Positions 1 to 12,100 of a DNA stretch of 64,000 nucleotides are shown piece after piece. Every line of letters starts with the position of its first letter. The first letter of the stretch is position 1. The DNA is from Yuukianura sp. NJ FZ-2021 (lineage: Eukaryota): positions 7,936,001-8,000,000 of the forward strand of contig CM102289.1 of assembly GCA_046563655.1 (NCBI GenBank), in the 5' to 3' direction. The position numbers and the translations under genes are program-made. A model generated the notes under the pieces. The model saw only the letters and a list, made by a program, of their open reading frames with translations. It was not told where the DNA came from and did no database searches.

Positions 1-532
1 TTAAGTGATCATTGTTGAATGAGGCAAGGAAATTTTTGAATCTGCAGAGGTGACCGTCATAGTAATCTTCATTTTTTTAAAAGATGAGCAAAGGTTACTC
101 CACAGAAAATCCAAAGTTGAAAATTGCAACTGGAAAATGTCAACTTCAAACTTGAAAAGTTGAATTTACTACGCCCCTGCATCTTGAAAAATTTTTAAAA
201 ACGACTTCCTCAATTCAAATTCAACAATAAAATTATTTCTTAACGCTGTTTGTTGTTAAAAATCAGCATGTGTGACGAGTTATACTTTTATAATTGAGAT
301 CGCATCTCACAAAATACTCGTTTCTCCTTACAAAACCACACCACAACTATTTTTTACCAAGGTTAACTGCCTAACCTAATGAAAAAAAAAGGATTTGGGA
401 AATTGAAATCAAACAAAACTCAACCAGGTTTAGTTTTTTGTGTGACAATCTCATTTCATTCCCCCAAAAACAGCAAAAGTAGTCACCACAAAATGCATTA
501 ACATTTTTTGTTAAGGTTGTTCAAGGACTTAC

Positions 533-3500
533 ATAATTCTGTAGTAAATCCGGGTGATTTGTTTGAATTCCATCATCCAATATAGACACAGTTACTCCTT
601 TGCCAGTAAATCCTTTCTTCCAGGCTGCTTGAACATTCATATCAAATCCGTCCTTGGAACCGCCGGTCTAAACAAAAGAAACCTTCATTTTACTTCTTTT
701 GTCACTTTCCAACTCAAAGTGAAAGTTTTTGGTCCTCAGAAACCAAAAAACCTCAACTTTTTTTGTGTTCGAACACGTAAATTTAAAATTAGAAAGTCAG
801 GCAAATCCAAGACAAAAGAAAATTTGAGCTCTAGGTCGTGACATTTGACAATTTTTTCAGTTTTGACAAAATTCAAATCTTTGATCTTTGAAAAAAATTT
901 TTTTTGATCTTTTTCTCAGAACTTTTATATTTCTTGAAGAAAAAAAATCCAGAAAATAATGACTTTTTGCCAACGCTCGTTAAATTTTTCCTGAAATTTG
1001 AACACAGCTTCAGTTAGAACTCTCATTAGAGTCGAAAAAACGTCAAAATTGCTCTTTTTAGCAAAAGTATATTGCATTTCTGGCCTCATTATTTCTTGTA
1101 ACCAAGAAACAGAAGATGAAAAATGATCTCTGCTCACCAAGTACCACTGTTCTGGGTACAGTGGATCTGCAAATGAATTTTGCGTCGCATGGCGTGGTGA
1201 TGGTTGCTGATGTTGCGGATGCTGTGACTGTGCTGCTGAGTAGAATCCTGATGGTGGTGGTCCAGGTTGGACATCAAAGTACGAAAAGTCACGTTTTACC
1301 CGCTTCTTTTGAACTTGTTGCTCAAACCACAAGACCTGAAAAAAAAAACATCAGAAAAATTAATTACACGGACAAAAACTGCCTGTTTCAATTTTAGGTT
1401 TTCCGTTAAAATGTTCTTGATTCTGACGTCAATTCAATGTAATTTGAGAGTTTCAATTTTCTTAGAATTTTTTTTTGCTAAATGCTTACGTCGTTTTCGT
1501 TTTCAAAGATTTCGTGATGTTCGTCATCCATTGAAGTTGATCTTTTCCGAACTCGACGAGCTTCAAATAAGTAGTACTCAGAAAGACTTCCAATCTAAAA
1601 TTAGGATAGAAAAAAATCAAAGTAAAAAGTTGCGCAATAATTGCAACGGGTAACATCAAACGTTAACGAAGCAATATTCTTTTAGCACTATACTTATCAT
1701 GTTACTCAAAATAAACCTCATCTTGAATCTCAGCATCTCTAGTTACGTCGGAACACCAATGATCAAAAGTGCATTGTGTGAAATTAGCAACATGCAATTT
1801 GTGCATGTAAAAGTGTTTTGCGCAACTTCAAGGATCTGCATGCCTCCGCCCTTAAGGCATCTCTATCGCAAATCTGTATAATAATGGAACTTTCCCTCAA
1901 TTATATTGATAGTCTTAGACTTCCCACTCAAAATGATCTTCAATTCCCATTTGGAATTTACATTAATCCCATTATGTACTACTTTAGATTTGCCACGAGC
2001 CACGATTTATATGTAACTGTTTTGCCATAAACACGACTTTGGCAAAGGTCACAGAGGTCACAACTCGATTTCTAGGAAATACAAGTACGAATACTCAAAA
2101 TTAATCTTTCTGCGCATGTCCATCCTCTGCTTAATGAGAAAATAAGATCAAAATGATCTTGACAAAAACCATGACTTGCTAAGATTAATTTTCATGAAAA
2201 ACAACAGTGCTCTTTTCATTCACTAAAAAAACAACAAATTTTCTTGAAACGGAAATTAACAAATGAAGAAGATTCTGTGATTGTGATCGATCAAGTGTGA
2301 AATGCTCAGCATTTTTTAGTCAACCTCTGTGAATACATTGTAAGTACCTATCAAAGGCACACACAAAATGTCAAACGAGAGTCGTTATGTGCAGAAAACG
2401 AAGATGTTTTCAAGTAAAAAACATCCAATTTTCCAATTTCCCCCACAAAGTCATCTTGAGCAGGGGATTTCCATTGAAGATGTGTGTAGGTTGAGTTATA
2501 ATGGGATTTGAGCATAAGAAAATGAACTCATCACAAGAAGCTTTAAAAATTGAAAACGACACGTCTTTTATAAGCAAAAAAAAATCCACTCTTTCATTCG
2601 CACAGCTCTGCCTTTTTAAGCATCAGAAAAATCTTTAGTAACACCTTTTTAACATAAAATTTTAGTGCTGCTTTAGCTAAACTTTTTGTGCTTTTTTTTT
2701 TCTAACACCCTGTAAAACTTTTTAACGAATTCGCCAATTTATCTTTGCAAAAAAAATCTCATCAAGGTTCCAGCAATCTCCAGAAGTGTTTGTGCTGGAA
2801 AACTAACTCCAGTGTTTGTAATTAATCAAAAAACGAAAAAAAAGTCGGATGCTGTGCTCTACCTTAGAAAATCCAATCTTCTAAATTAAATTCGCTCGAA
2901 GTGAATCAACGGCTCACTTCACACTCAAGCTTTTTAAGCGTCTGTCTACTCAAATGAAAAGCTTTGGAATATCTTTTTAAATTGAAATTGAAGTAGCATG
3001 GCAAAAATCTCATGAAATTTTATACCTTAAAAACGTACGACAGCGACAAAAACCAATTTAATTTAAACCTTCCTTTTCATTTCACAAGAAATTCAATCAA
3101 ACCTAAACCTAACTTTTTTAAAGTACTTTTAAACTCTCCATTAAATTGAAGCTTTAATGTTCTACTCAGCACTTGACTTCAATTACATTAATTTAAAATT
3201 CCTCTTTACTGCTGTTAATGAAGTTACATTCTACATTTCACACTTCAAATTCAATTGTCTCTCGAGGTAAACTGGTTATATAGAGGCTCTCCCTGTTCTG
3301 TTTGATGTCAAGGGTCAAGGACAAACGGACATAAAAATGCACACGCTTCAAAAGAAGTTTAGGATTGAGCAGTCAGTGTCAAATGAAAATAGATTTCTCA
3401 TTTTTCAAAACGAAAGCGTCCCTGAATTTGAATTTTGAAGGGTTGAACCAACAATATGACAAGTTTTCAAAATTTTGAAAAAAGGATTTTAGTGTTTAGC

Positions 3501-5489
3501 GGTAGATTTCGTGGGGATTAGTAGATTTTAAGGGGGCACATACAGTGTCCGTTACCAATTGTCTATCTGTCATCACTTTTACTTTTGTCCGAGACCTTGT
3601 GCATTCTTGTAACAAAAATTTTGCTACAAAAAGAAAACTAAAACTCTTGAGAACGAATCAAGCACTTTCGATTTCTAGATTTCAGAAATTTTGGCCAAGG
3701 TTTTTCGAATAAATCTTTAAAATTCGATAATTGAAATTGAGAGAACCTGCTCAAGCTCAAATCAAAATTTCAGATTAAATTTTGGAAAATCTCTTCCAGA
3801 AAAATTGAGTTGAGATTTCACAATTGTTAGAGTGTTTGCGAATTTTAGAATTGCATGTGTAGGAGACACACTAATGGAAAATGTCCTCTGTCAGCATCGT
3901 TTCGGTAGGAAAAATGGAGGTCAAATGAAAAGGAAGTTTTAAAAATAATGTCATGTTCTAATTATTTTAAACATTTAAGATTGAAATTTTCAAGGTTAAT
4001 CCAAGTCATCCAAAACGAAAAATTGACGTTAGGTGTGGCTAACCTCAGGAACGTATGCTGTTTACCCTACCCAAACGGATGTCAATTAAACGCAATGGGG
4101 AAGCAGTTTATAAATTAACAGCGTTGACCAACCCACAGTGGTAATACTATGCATTTACCCTCCCTTTTAATGTCCTTCCTCTAAAAAAACAATTATTATA
4201 CGCCAAGTAAATTATTATTTATATTCACAGTCTACAATTCCACTTGCTTTCAGGCTGTACCTAATAGTTGGATTCCTTTTTAACACAGGAGAAAGCGAAT
4301 TCAAGGTTAGTTTACTTTGAGTCACACAGTTTGAATCGTGATAAATTGTAGTAATCGTGACGGTGGAAAAAATTTAGCACAGAAAATTTCTCGAAACCAA
4401 AAAATCTCTTTTAAAATGGATAAATCACAACTCAAATTACTTCGTCACGATACCATGAAAAAAAAATATCAAGATCAGACTAATTTTTTTTCATTATAAA
4501 AAAAATCTGAAAACGTTCACACGACGAAAGTTCAATTTTGTACCATTACATTGTTAGATAGAAAAATTGCTGCAAAAAGTCAATTATGGTAACGGTTTTT
4601 TTCACATTTGAAGTAAATTTTGACCGTACCAGTACTAGTTACAACAATCAAAAGGATGATTTCAATGTAATACGAAATGCTGTTTTGTTGTAACTAATTT
4701 CATGGTAAAAGAAACAAGCAAAATGGCAGAAAGGAAATGATCAAGTGCCATGACTGCAGGAAATGGAGGCAGTTTAACTGGATTTTTCCCTGTGTCTAAA
4801 AATCCAATGCTAAGACGAGTTGGGTTAGGTTACTGCAAAAAATGGCAAGGTTACAATTTGGGAACAGAATAAATCTAGTCAAAAATTTAATTATTTATGG
4901 GATTTATGACCCGCCCGTCATTCACTCGATCATGGTTTAGCATTCAATGACTAAAAGCGGATGTTATAAGAGGAAATTCTCTTCATTAAATTCAGTGAAT
5001 AGAGAAAAATTACAACCATAAAACATAAACTGCTAATTTCGAATATTTGCCGTCGGTACTTGAGTATACCTACTTTTTTAGCACCTAAAAATAATGTTGT
5101 CTTTTTTACTTTACCTGTCCGAGGTTGTCGCAATTGTGTTTCTTCGCAATTTCATCGGCCCTTTGGTCCCCTGCTGGAATATGTACTGCAAATTGATTAG
5201 AGAACACATGCTGTCTTCCTGAAATTAGTGTCAACAGACTCGAAAAAATTAAGAACGTTCCTAATATCACAGTCACTAGAGAGAATGACTTTCTTCTTTT
5301 GCAAATAGACATCACGGAGGAGGTGTCAATGCCAAATTCTTGGAATTGTTTTTCTTGACGACAAGTCCTCAATGGTTCACTGATACGTCTTCGTTTTGCA
5401 AACATTGGTTTTTCCGTGACACTTTCTGTAGTGCTAAGTAATGTTTCATCTTCATTGACACTGAAATTCGGTTCGTAGACTGTCGTCAT
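533..5489 (-). CDS. Fur2: Furin-like proprotein convertase (Fur2 type), 5' part only; continues beyond window start
   Basis: Four phase-0 GT-AG exons: 5489-5115 (N-terminal extension, hydrophobic segment, pro-domain start FSNQFAVHIPAG...NLGQ), 1594-1490 (IGSLSEYYLFEARRVRKRS...), 1335-1138 (VLWFEQQVQKKRVKR/D...DPLYPEQWYL, with the autocatalytic RVKR site) and 667-533 (TGGSKDGFDMNVQAAWKKGFTGKGVTVSILDDGIQTNHPDLLQNY, the subtilisin catalytic Asp motif). The GxxDGxDMNV and ILDDGIQTNHPDL pattern is recalled as Fur2-like. Confidence 0.93.
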
Positions 5490-5866
5490 TCTCCGACTAG
5501 GCTTTCAGCCAGGGACGAACAGTGAATTCAGGATTCGGAGAGGTTAGTGCTGCGGACGGCGGCCTTCTTTAGCTACACGTATACCGCGATATGCCACTTT
5601 ACTCCATGACTGGCTCTGGTTTGGTTTAGGCTTCTTCTAGATAGTAACCCCAACTGATTTGAACATGAAGAAATCCAGTGAACTCTTCTTTCAATTTCTT
5701 CTTCTTCTATCAATTTCTTCTGCGCCTTTCCTGCAAACAAACAAAACCGTTCTGAATTAGAACAGAAAATTAAGTAAGTTTTTAGCACAAACCGAGTGCA
5801 AAAACAAGACTTAAGGCTTATATAAATGTTATTTTGAAATGAGATGATAAAATCTGCAACTTTAAC

Positions 5867-5943
5867 CTGTAAGTTGACTTTTCTCAAGAAACTTGACGAG
5901 ACAACGAGCGACATAGAGAATATTCGCAACGCAGTATGACTGA
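5867..5943 (-). promoter_or_regulatory. Putative initiator and first non-coding exon of the furin gene
   Basis: TCAGTC (arthropod Inr consensus TCAGTY) at 5943-5938. A candidate donor CAG|gttaaa lies at 5866, and a good acceptor ttgtttgcag lies before 5730, upstream of the ATG exon. Confidence 0.4.
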
Positions 5944-7317
5944 TAAGAAACCAGCGAAATCTTAACTTACTAGCCTAAAAAAATCAAATTGTGAGAATTA
6001 GTTTAACGATTAATTTGGCACTGAACCTTGAGAATAGTAAAGAGAGTTACCAAAAAGTAAGTCTTGGTCGTCCCCCAATCCCAATTTAACGGAATTCGTG
6101 TCTTGGGGTACTGTAAACGCAAAGACTGGTGGTGTAGTTGGCTCCGTTGTACTTAAGTTGATCAACTGCTAAAGAATCATACCTCAAAACTTGTTCACTG
6201 TTGAATTAGTAATTGAAAACAAGTTTAGTTGTATGGATAGTACAGAGAGAGTTATCGACCACCTCACAGAGCAACCTCTCTCACTCAACTGAAGTGACAC
6301 ATGCACCAAACTCCTTGGAATCCCCACCACAAACAACTGATTTCCCTTGCTCCCTTACCATACAACGCCTGCCTCTACAATTACAATTAACACCTCAATT
6401 AAACTAACATTCAAACATTCAACTCGATTTGGAAACACTTTTGACCTAGGGACATGTTTTAAGTCGTTCCTATTTTCATAATCTTAACTTGTGTTGTGTA
6501 AAACCGAAATAAATCTAAAGATGAGTGGGAATGTGGCAGTACAAGGGTTTAAATTTTTCCGCGCTTGCGCAAAGCCCACTAATTTGGAAGCGCGAACCAA
6601 ATTTCGCCATCTTCTGAGTAACTGCGCTAGTGGTCACCTTACTCCACATGCTATTTTAGGTTACCTTGAACAAAGCTTAATTTGTTAAATTTTAATAATT
6701 AAGTAATTTTAGAACTTGTGTGGTAATTTTTATGGTTTCTTTGTATAAGTATTCCATATGTTTACTTTGTCATTCCATTATCATTAAGCGGGAGTTTCAA
6801 ATTACGTTTGAAATTACCAAAAAAAAATCAAATTAATTTTTTGTAGTAAATTATTCGGTTGAACAAATATTATGACATTGAAGTTTCAGGAATACCTAAA
6901 ATTTTTACTGTGTGAAATCTTGCTAAGTCCCATGAATACCTAAAATTTCTTTTTGATGAAATCTAGCTGTCTGTGAAACTTACTGAAAGGTTTAATGTGA
7001 ATGTTCAGCAGAAGCACAGAAGTCTGCACATAGACATCATGTTTTAGTGTAAAAGCGGAAATTTTAAACATTTGAAGACGTGAAAATTGCAGAAACCATT
7101 TGTAATTTCCCAAATTTTGTTTTTGGCTGCCAGGGGTAATGTTAATCCTTCCGTCACAATAATAAGCATTTGTTTTTGACCGAAGCGTTCATTAGAAGTC
7201 GCGCATGAATTTTCTTGATTTCGTTTGAAAAACAGTAAAAACCTAAGAAAACCAAGGTAGAAATGAGTAAAAATACTTTGGAATTCTAAAACGGAACAAA
7301 GTAATTTACCACAGCTC

Positions 7318-7953
7318 AACAAATTCACTACTGTGATCCTAAATTTAAAAGGTTCCAGAATATTGATTTTTGAAAACAGCATCACACCTTTTAACTTTCT
7401 ACAGAAGGACTTTTGGAAAAAGTCAGGATTAGGCTAACAAATTCACTACTGTGCATTTTCCTTTTTTATGGAAATTTAAAAAATTCCAGAATATTGATTT
7501 TTGAAAACAGCATCACACCTTTTAACTTTCTACAGAAGGACTTTTGGAAAAAGTCAGGATTAGGCTAACAAATTCACTACTGTGCATTGTCCTTTTTTAT
7601 GGAAATTTAAAAAATTCCAGAATATTGATTTTTGAAAACAGCATCACACCTTTTAACTTTCTACAGAAGGACTTTTGGAAAAAGTCAGGATTAGGCTAAC
7701 AAATTCACTACTGTGCATTTTCCTTTTTTATGGAAATTTAAAAAATTCCAGAATACTGATTTTTGAAAACAGCATCACACCTTTTAACTTTCTACAGAAG
7801 GACTTTTGGAAAGAGTCAGGATTAGGCTAACAAATTCACTACTGTGCATTTTCCTTTTTTATGGAAATTTAAAAAATTCCAGAATATTGATTCTTAAAAA
7901 CAGCATCACACCTTGTAACTTTCTACAGAAGGACTTTTGGAAATAGTCAGGAT
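7318..7953. repeat. 131-bp tandem repeat (minisatellite), ~4.9 copies
   Basis: CAGCATCACACC recurs at 7377, 7508, 7639, 7770 and 7901, an exact 131-bp period. Copies are nearly identical; the first is shortened. Confidence 0.97.
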
Positions 7954-9022
7954 CCATCAACACTGATGAAAAAATCTAACGGTTTCTCAAGCCGAAATCT
8001 GTAAATCGTTTTTTTTTCAAACCCATGTTTACCTCTTCAAAATTTTAAAATAACGTGTTATCCTGTTCTAAGCCCAGTTTTGCTGGCTATCCCCTGTTTC
8101 AGCATTTTGTCCAGGTTATATCCACTGGATAAATGGTTTCATCCGGTTTAGTAATTAAAATTTAGTAAGAACCAATTCAAAACTGTCAAGTTATTCATCA
8201 GATGCAAAATCATACGTTCGAAACCCACTTTTTTTACGTCGAAAGGCATACCGTAATGTTAACTACCCTACAGCTGGATTGAAAATTCAAAAAAGTATTT
8301 AATTTATTGATACTAATTACATTATTTTACTTACAACTAATTCATACCTAATGAAAAAAATTTACTTTATTATTTACTATTTAGTAAAGAAAGTGTTAAC
8401 ATTTGAAAACATAGTAATACATAAAACAATATTTGACTGACAAAAATTTGAAATTTTGGTATCGAATTTTTAAACAAAACTTTTGGTTTTTAAAACATCA
8501 GAACACATTACACTTAACATCAAACTGAACAAATGGACTAGATGTTTGGAAAAGTGAACAAAAAATTGTATTTCGTTCATGCAGATTTGCAATAGATATT
8601 TGAATGTTTAATATTTCGAGTTGTAGAAGAAACTAAAACTAAAACAATCTGTTACTGGTGACTAATTGCATTTTATTTAAACATTGTGTGTGTATAGTAC
8701 TCAACATTTTGTATTAACTTTTAGGCTTAGGTTAGCCGAACAATAATTTTGGTTTGTAGATTTGAGCGAACATGTTGCAACTTTTTCAAAAATGATGATT
8801 TCAAAAAATCTTCATAACTAACAAAGTTGGCTTACATTAGCTTAAAGCAAGCGAAAATTGAATTTCGAACAATTAAACAAACATAAAACCTAGCAAATTT
8901 CTACGTGATATTCGCATTTCCCGAAAAGTGATGACAAAGTTTTTCAAAATTTCTGTTTGACTTGCATCCAGCGTCCGATCTTGCGTAAAAAGCACCTTAA
9001 CCTTTACTGTGCGTCTTTTCTG

Positions 9023-9042
9023 AGGTCATTGACCTTTGAACT
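9023..9042. promoter_or_regulatory. Perfect IR1 nuclear-receptor palindrome (EcRE-type) with overlapping DR1
   Basis: AGGTCA-T-TGACCT at 9023-9035, followed by T-TGAACT; lies just 3' of PDZ gene A's stop codon. Confidence 0.5.
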
Positions 9043-9177
9043 TGTAATTTGAACGAGCCATTTGAGCTACATTGTACATTCGGCAAATGTATCAAAATAA
9101 TCCAATGATCTTCGTTTATTTTCAAAACGGCATAGCTTGATTGTGATCTTCATTTTCTAAATTTTCGAAATTGAACT

Positions 9178-12100
9178 TCATTTCACTGCGTCGTCGGATG
9201 CTGTATTGATTTTTTCTAAATCGTCGCATGACTTGGATTTTGGAGATCTGCTACTGCAATACCAAAAAAAAATTATTACTAATTTGAAAAAGAATTCGAA
9301 ATTTTTTCCCAGTTTTTTGAAAAATTATACCTTGACTTCCTGGCTACAATTCGTCGAGTGACTGTGATAAGAACATCTCCATTTTTGATTTTCTTAAAGA
9401 CAGCTACAGCTTCTGCGTGTGACAATCCTTGAAGTGGAGATCCATTTACTGTCAAAATTTCATCACCTAGAAAAAATTGAACAAAAAAAAAGTTTAGCTG
9501 AAGTTCAAAATTCACTTTTTCAAAAACCATTTTTCAAAATTCCATTCAAGTCGCCACAGACTGCCACTTAAACCAAAATCCCAGTAGCTGCGACACTCAA
9601 CATTTTCTAGATTTTAATACCCACTTCAAAAATTTTGAAGTGATCCTTGTGCCAACCTACGCCGTTTCCACAGTTACGTCTGGAAGGATTTCCCTTGCGA
9701 AGGAAGGATAAGAGGAAATCATAAATAGAAGTGTCAATATTTTCTCTTTTGAAAGACGAAACCTAACCTAACTTTAAGCCTGCCAAAAAGCTTCTTCTTC
9801 TCCCCCATGCCAAGGAATGTCACGTCTCATCATTATTTGCCTCCTCGTTCCGCACGTGGAAATAATCTAATCCAAGAACTTTCTCCTCCTTTCACTTCCA
9901 TAGACAAAATTAGAGTAATTGTCAAGTCTAAAGAGAAAGTCACTACACAACTACTATGCTACGGTGTAGTCTCAAAACTAATTTCATCTGAATAAGATAT
10001 CTAATCCTGAAATCTAAATGTAAAATTTAGAAATTCAAGGAGCTAGAGCATCTCGAGAATTCTGAAAACTAGGTTCCATTCATCACTTACCGTAAAAATT
10101 CTCATACAAGCCCAGGTTTCTATTCATTTTCTAAGTAAATTTTGTGCTCTACCTCCGGCTTCTATTGAACTGGAGACTCGGTTTCTATTGTAAAGCGGCC
10201 TTATTGGAACTTTTACGGTAAAAACTTACTCTTGCTGCCTTATGAATTAAGTATAGCACTTTGTACTGCCATGGCGTTTCTCATTACATTAATAACCTAA
10301 CCTACGCAAAAGCTTCTAACATAACCTAGTTCCAATTTAAAGTTTTCCTTTTCCTTAGTTGGAAACTGGAAATTTACAATTTCACAACCAATTTTAGTCA
10401 CTGCAAATAATCATAAGGAAAAAACCAAATTTTAGAAATAGTAGTTTGCACATCCAATTCCAAAAATGTCAAAAATGGTGGTTTAGATTTTGAACTCTCG
10501 AAAATTTTAGTGTAATGTTTAGTTTGGTGGAAAATTTTCCAAAATGTGTTGCAGCGTCGTCGTTCAATTTTCATAAAATTTAACTTTTTCCACCATGCAT
10601 AACATAATTTTTAACATAACTTTTTTCTCAAAATGAAAGTAAAAATAAAATTTTACCTTCATAGAGAGATCCCATTTCGGCTGCTTGTCCATTCGGAAAA
10701 ATCGTTTTGACGAAAATGCCCATGTGACCTTTAGGTGAATCTCTGCCGCCTACAATTGAAAATCCAAGGCCTTTCTTTCCCGCTCCTTTTTCAAAGGCAA
10801 TGACATGTGACTTGTAAAAGTAAGAAGAAGAGGAAGATGTCGAAGATGAAGTTGAGCCAGAACTTCCAGAAGATGAATTACTTCCAGAAGAAGAAGTAGA
10901 AGATGACTTTGGTTTTCTTGGTAGAGTACAGAGATTAGTCGTAATGTAATTGTAATTAGGACTTCCATTATTTTCAAATTGAACTCTGGAAGAGGCTGGA
11001 GCGTGAAATCGATTTTGACTTTGGATTACAGCATCTGCATCGACATTGTAATACGTGAGTGTAGAATGGCGTCTGTTCCGTTTAGACGATCCAACAGTCG
11101 CAGTTCCGCTGGAAACCAAGTGACCTCCAGGCGTGACCCCACCGATATTTCCTGGATGCAGAAACTGATGATCAGAGCAAGCTTCTGGATGCTCAGTGAC
11201 GGGTGACGGATGTTCGCTACTTGCACTTCGACGGTAGATTACCGGAACTTTCTTCCTCAAAGAACTTCGGTCTCCGTCACAGTGATCTTCTCCTGGAGAA
11301 TTCTCCAGGAGGGGGAGACTGAAAGTAAATGACGGTGGAATTGAACTTTTCCGTTGTACATTTGTCTGTTTTTTCAAAAATGGTAAATCTAGGGTGTAGG
11401 GAGGCTGGTGATGATTGGAGGTCACAAAAGCGTCGTCTTCTTGGAACGTTTCGACTTCAGCGATTGTGTCATGTGAAATGGAGATACCGCGTGACCGAGG
11501 TTGCAATTGGTCTGACTTTTTAGTATTCATCGTCCAGTCTGGTCCTAACAAGTCACGTTCTTCCAGTCCACCAGTTCTTGTCCTATTGAGCACTGCGATG
11601 TAGTCAGCTTCTGATGGAGGGAGACTTGTAGGGTGACTACGCGGAAGTTGATTTGTCGTTGTTGTGGTTGAGTCGAAGTTGGTAAAAATTTCGTGCGTTC
11701 CGGCCCTGGCGATTAGTAAGTCCAATTGAGCACAATTAATTGCAGTAACTTGAAGCATTAGATTGACTTCGGTTGGACTCAGACCGCGCAGGCGCTTGCC
11801 GTTGACGTTCATCAGCACATCTCCAGTCTCCAGTCGCCCATCTCTGTAAAAAAAAAATAGATTGAAAAATAAGTTAGAAAAAATTGTCCAAAAAAGTAGA
11901 AAAATGATATCAAACTCTCGTTAGAAACTTCCGCCAGCCGCCATCTATATGCTGAGTACAATTTTCCAAAAGTAGTTCGCACGACTCCATATGCATTAAA
12001 TTCTCATAAAAATCAACTTAAAAAAGAACTTCTTCAGAACATGACTTTTTTTTAGAACATACTGCTGAAATACTCCGTAGTTCCTTAAATTTTTTCTTTT

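Noticed and set aside
7318..7953. CRISPR-like array
   Set aside because: Whole 131-bp units repeat with no unique spacers; eukaryotic context and no cas genes.
7130..7966. hAT-like ends (CAGGGG.../...AACACTG) around the minisatellite
   Set aside because: TIR match is weak and there is no target-site duplication.
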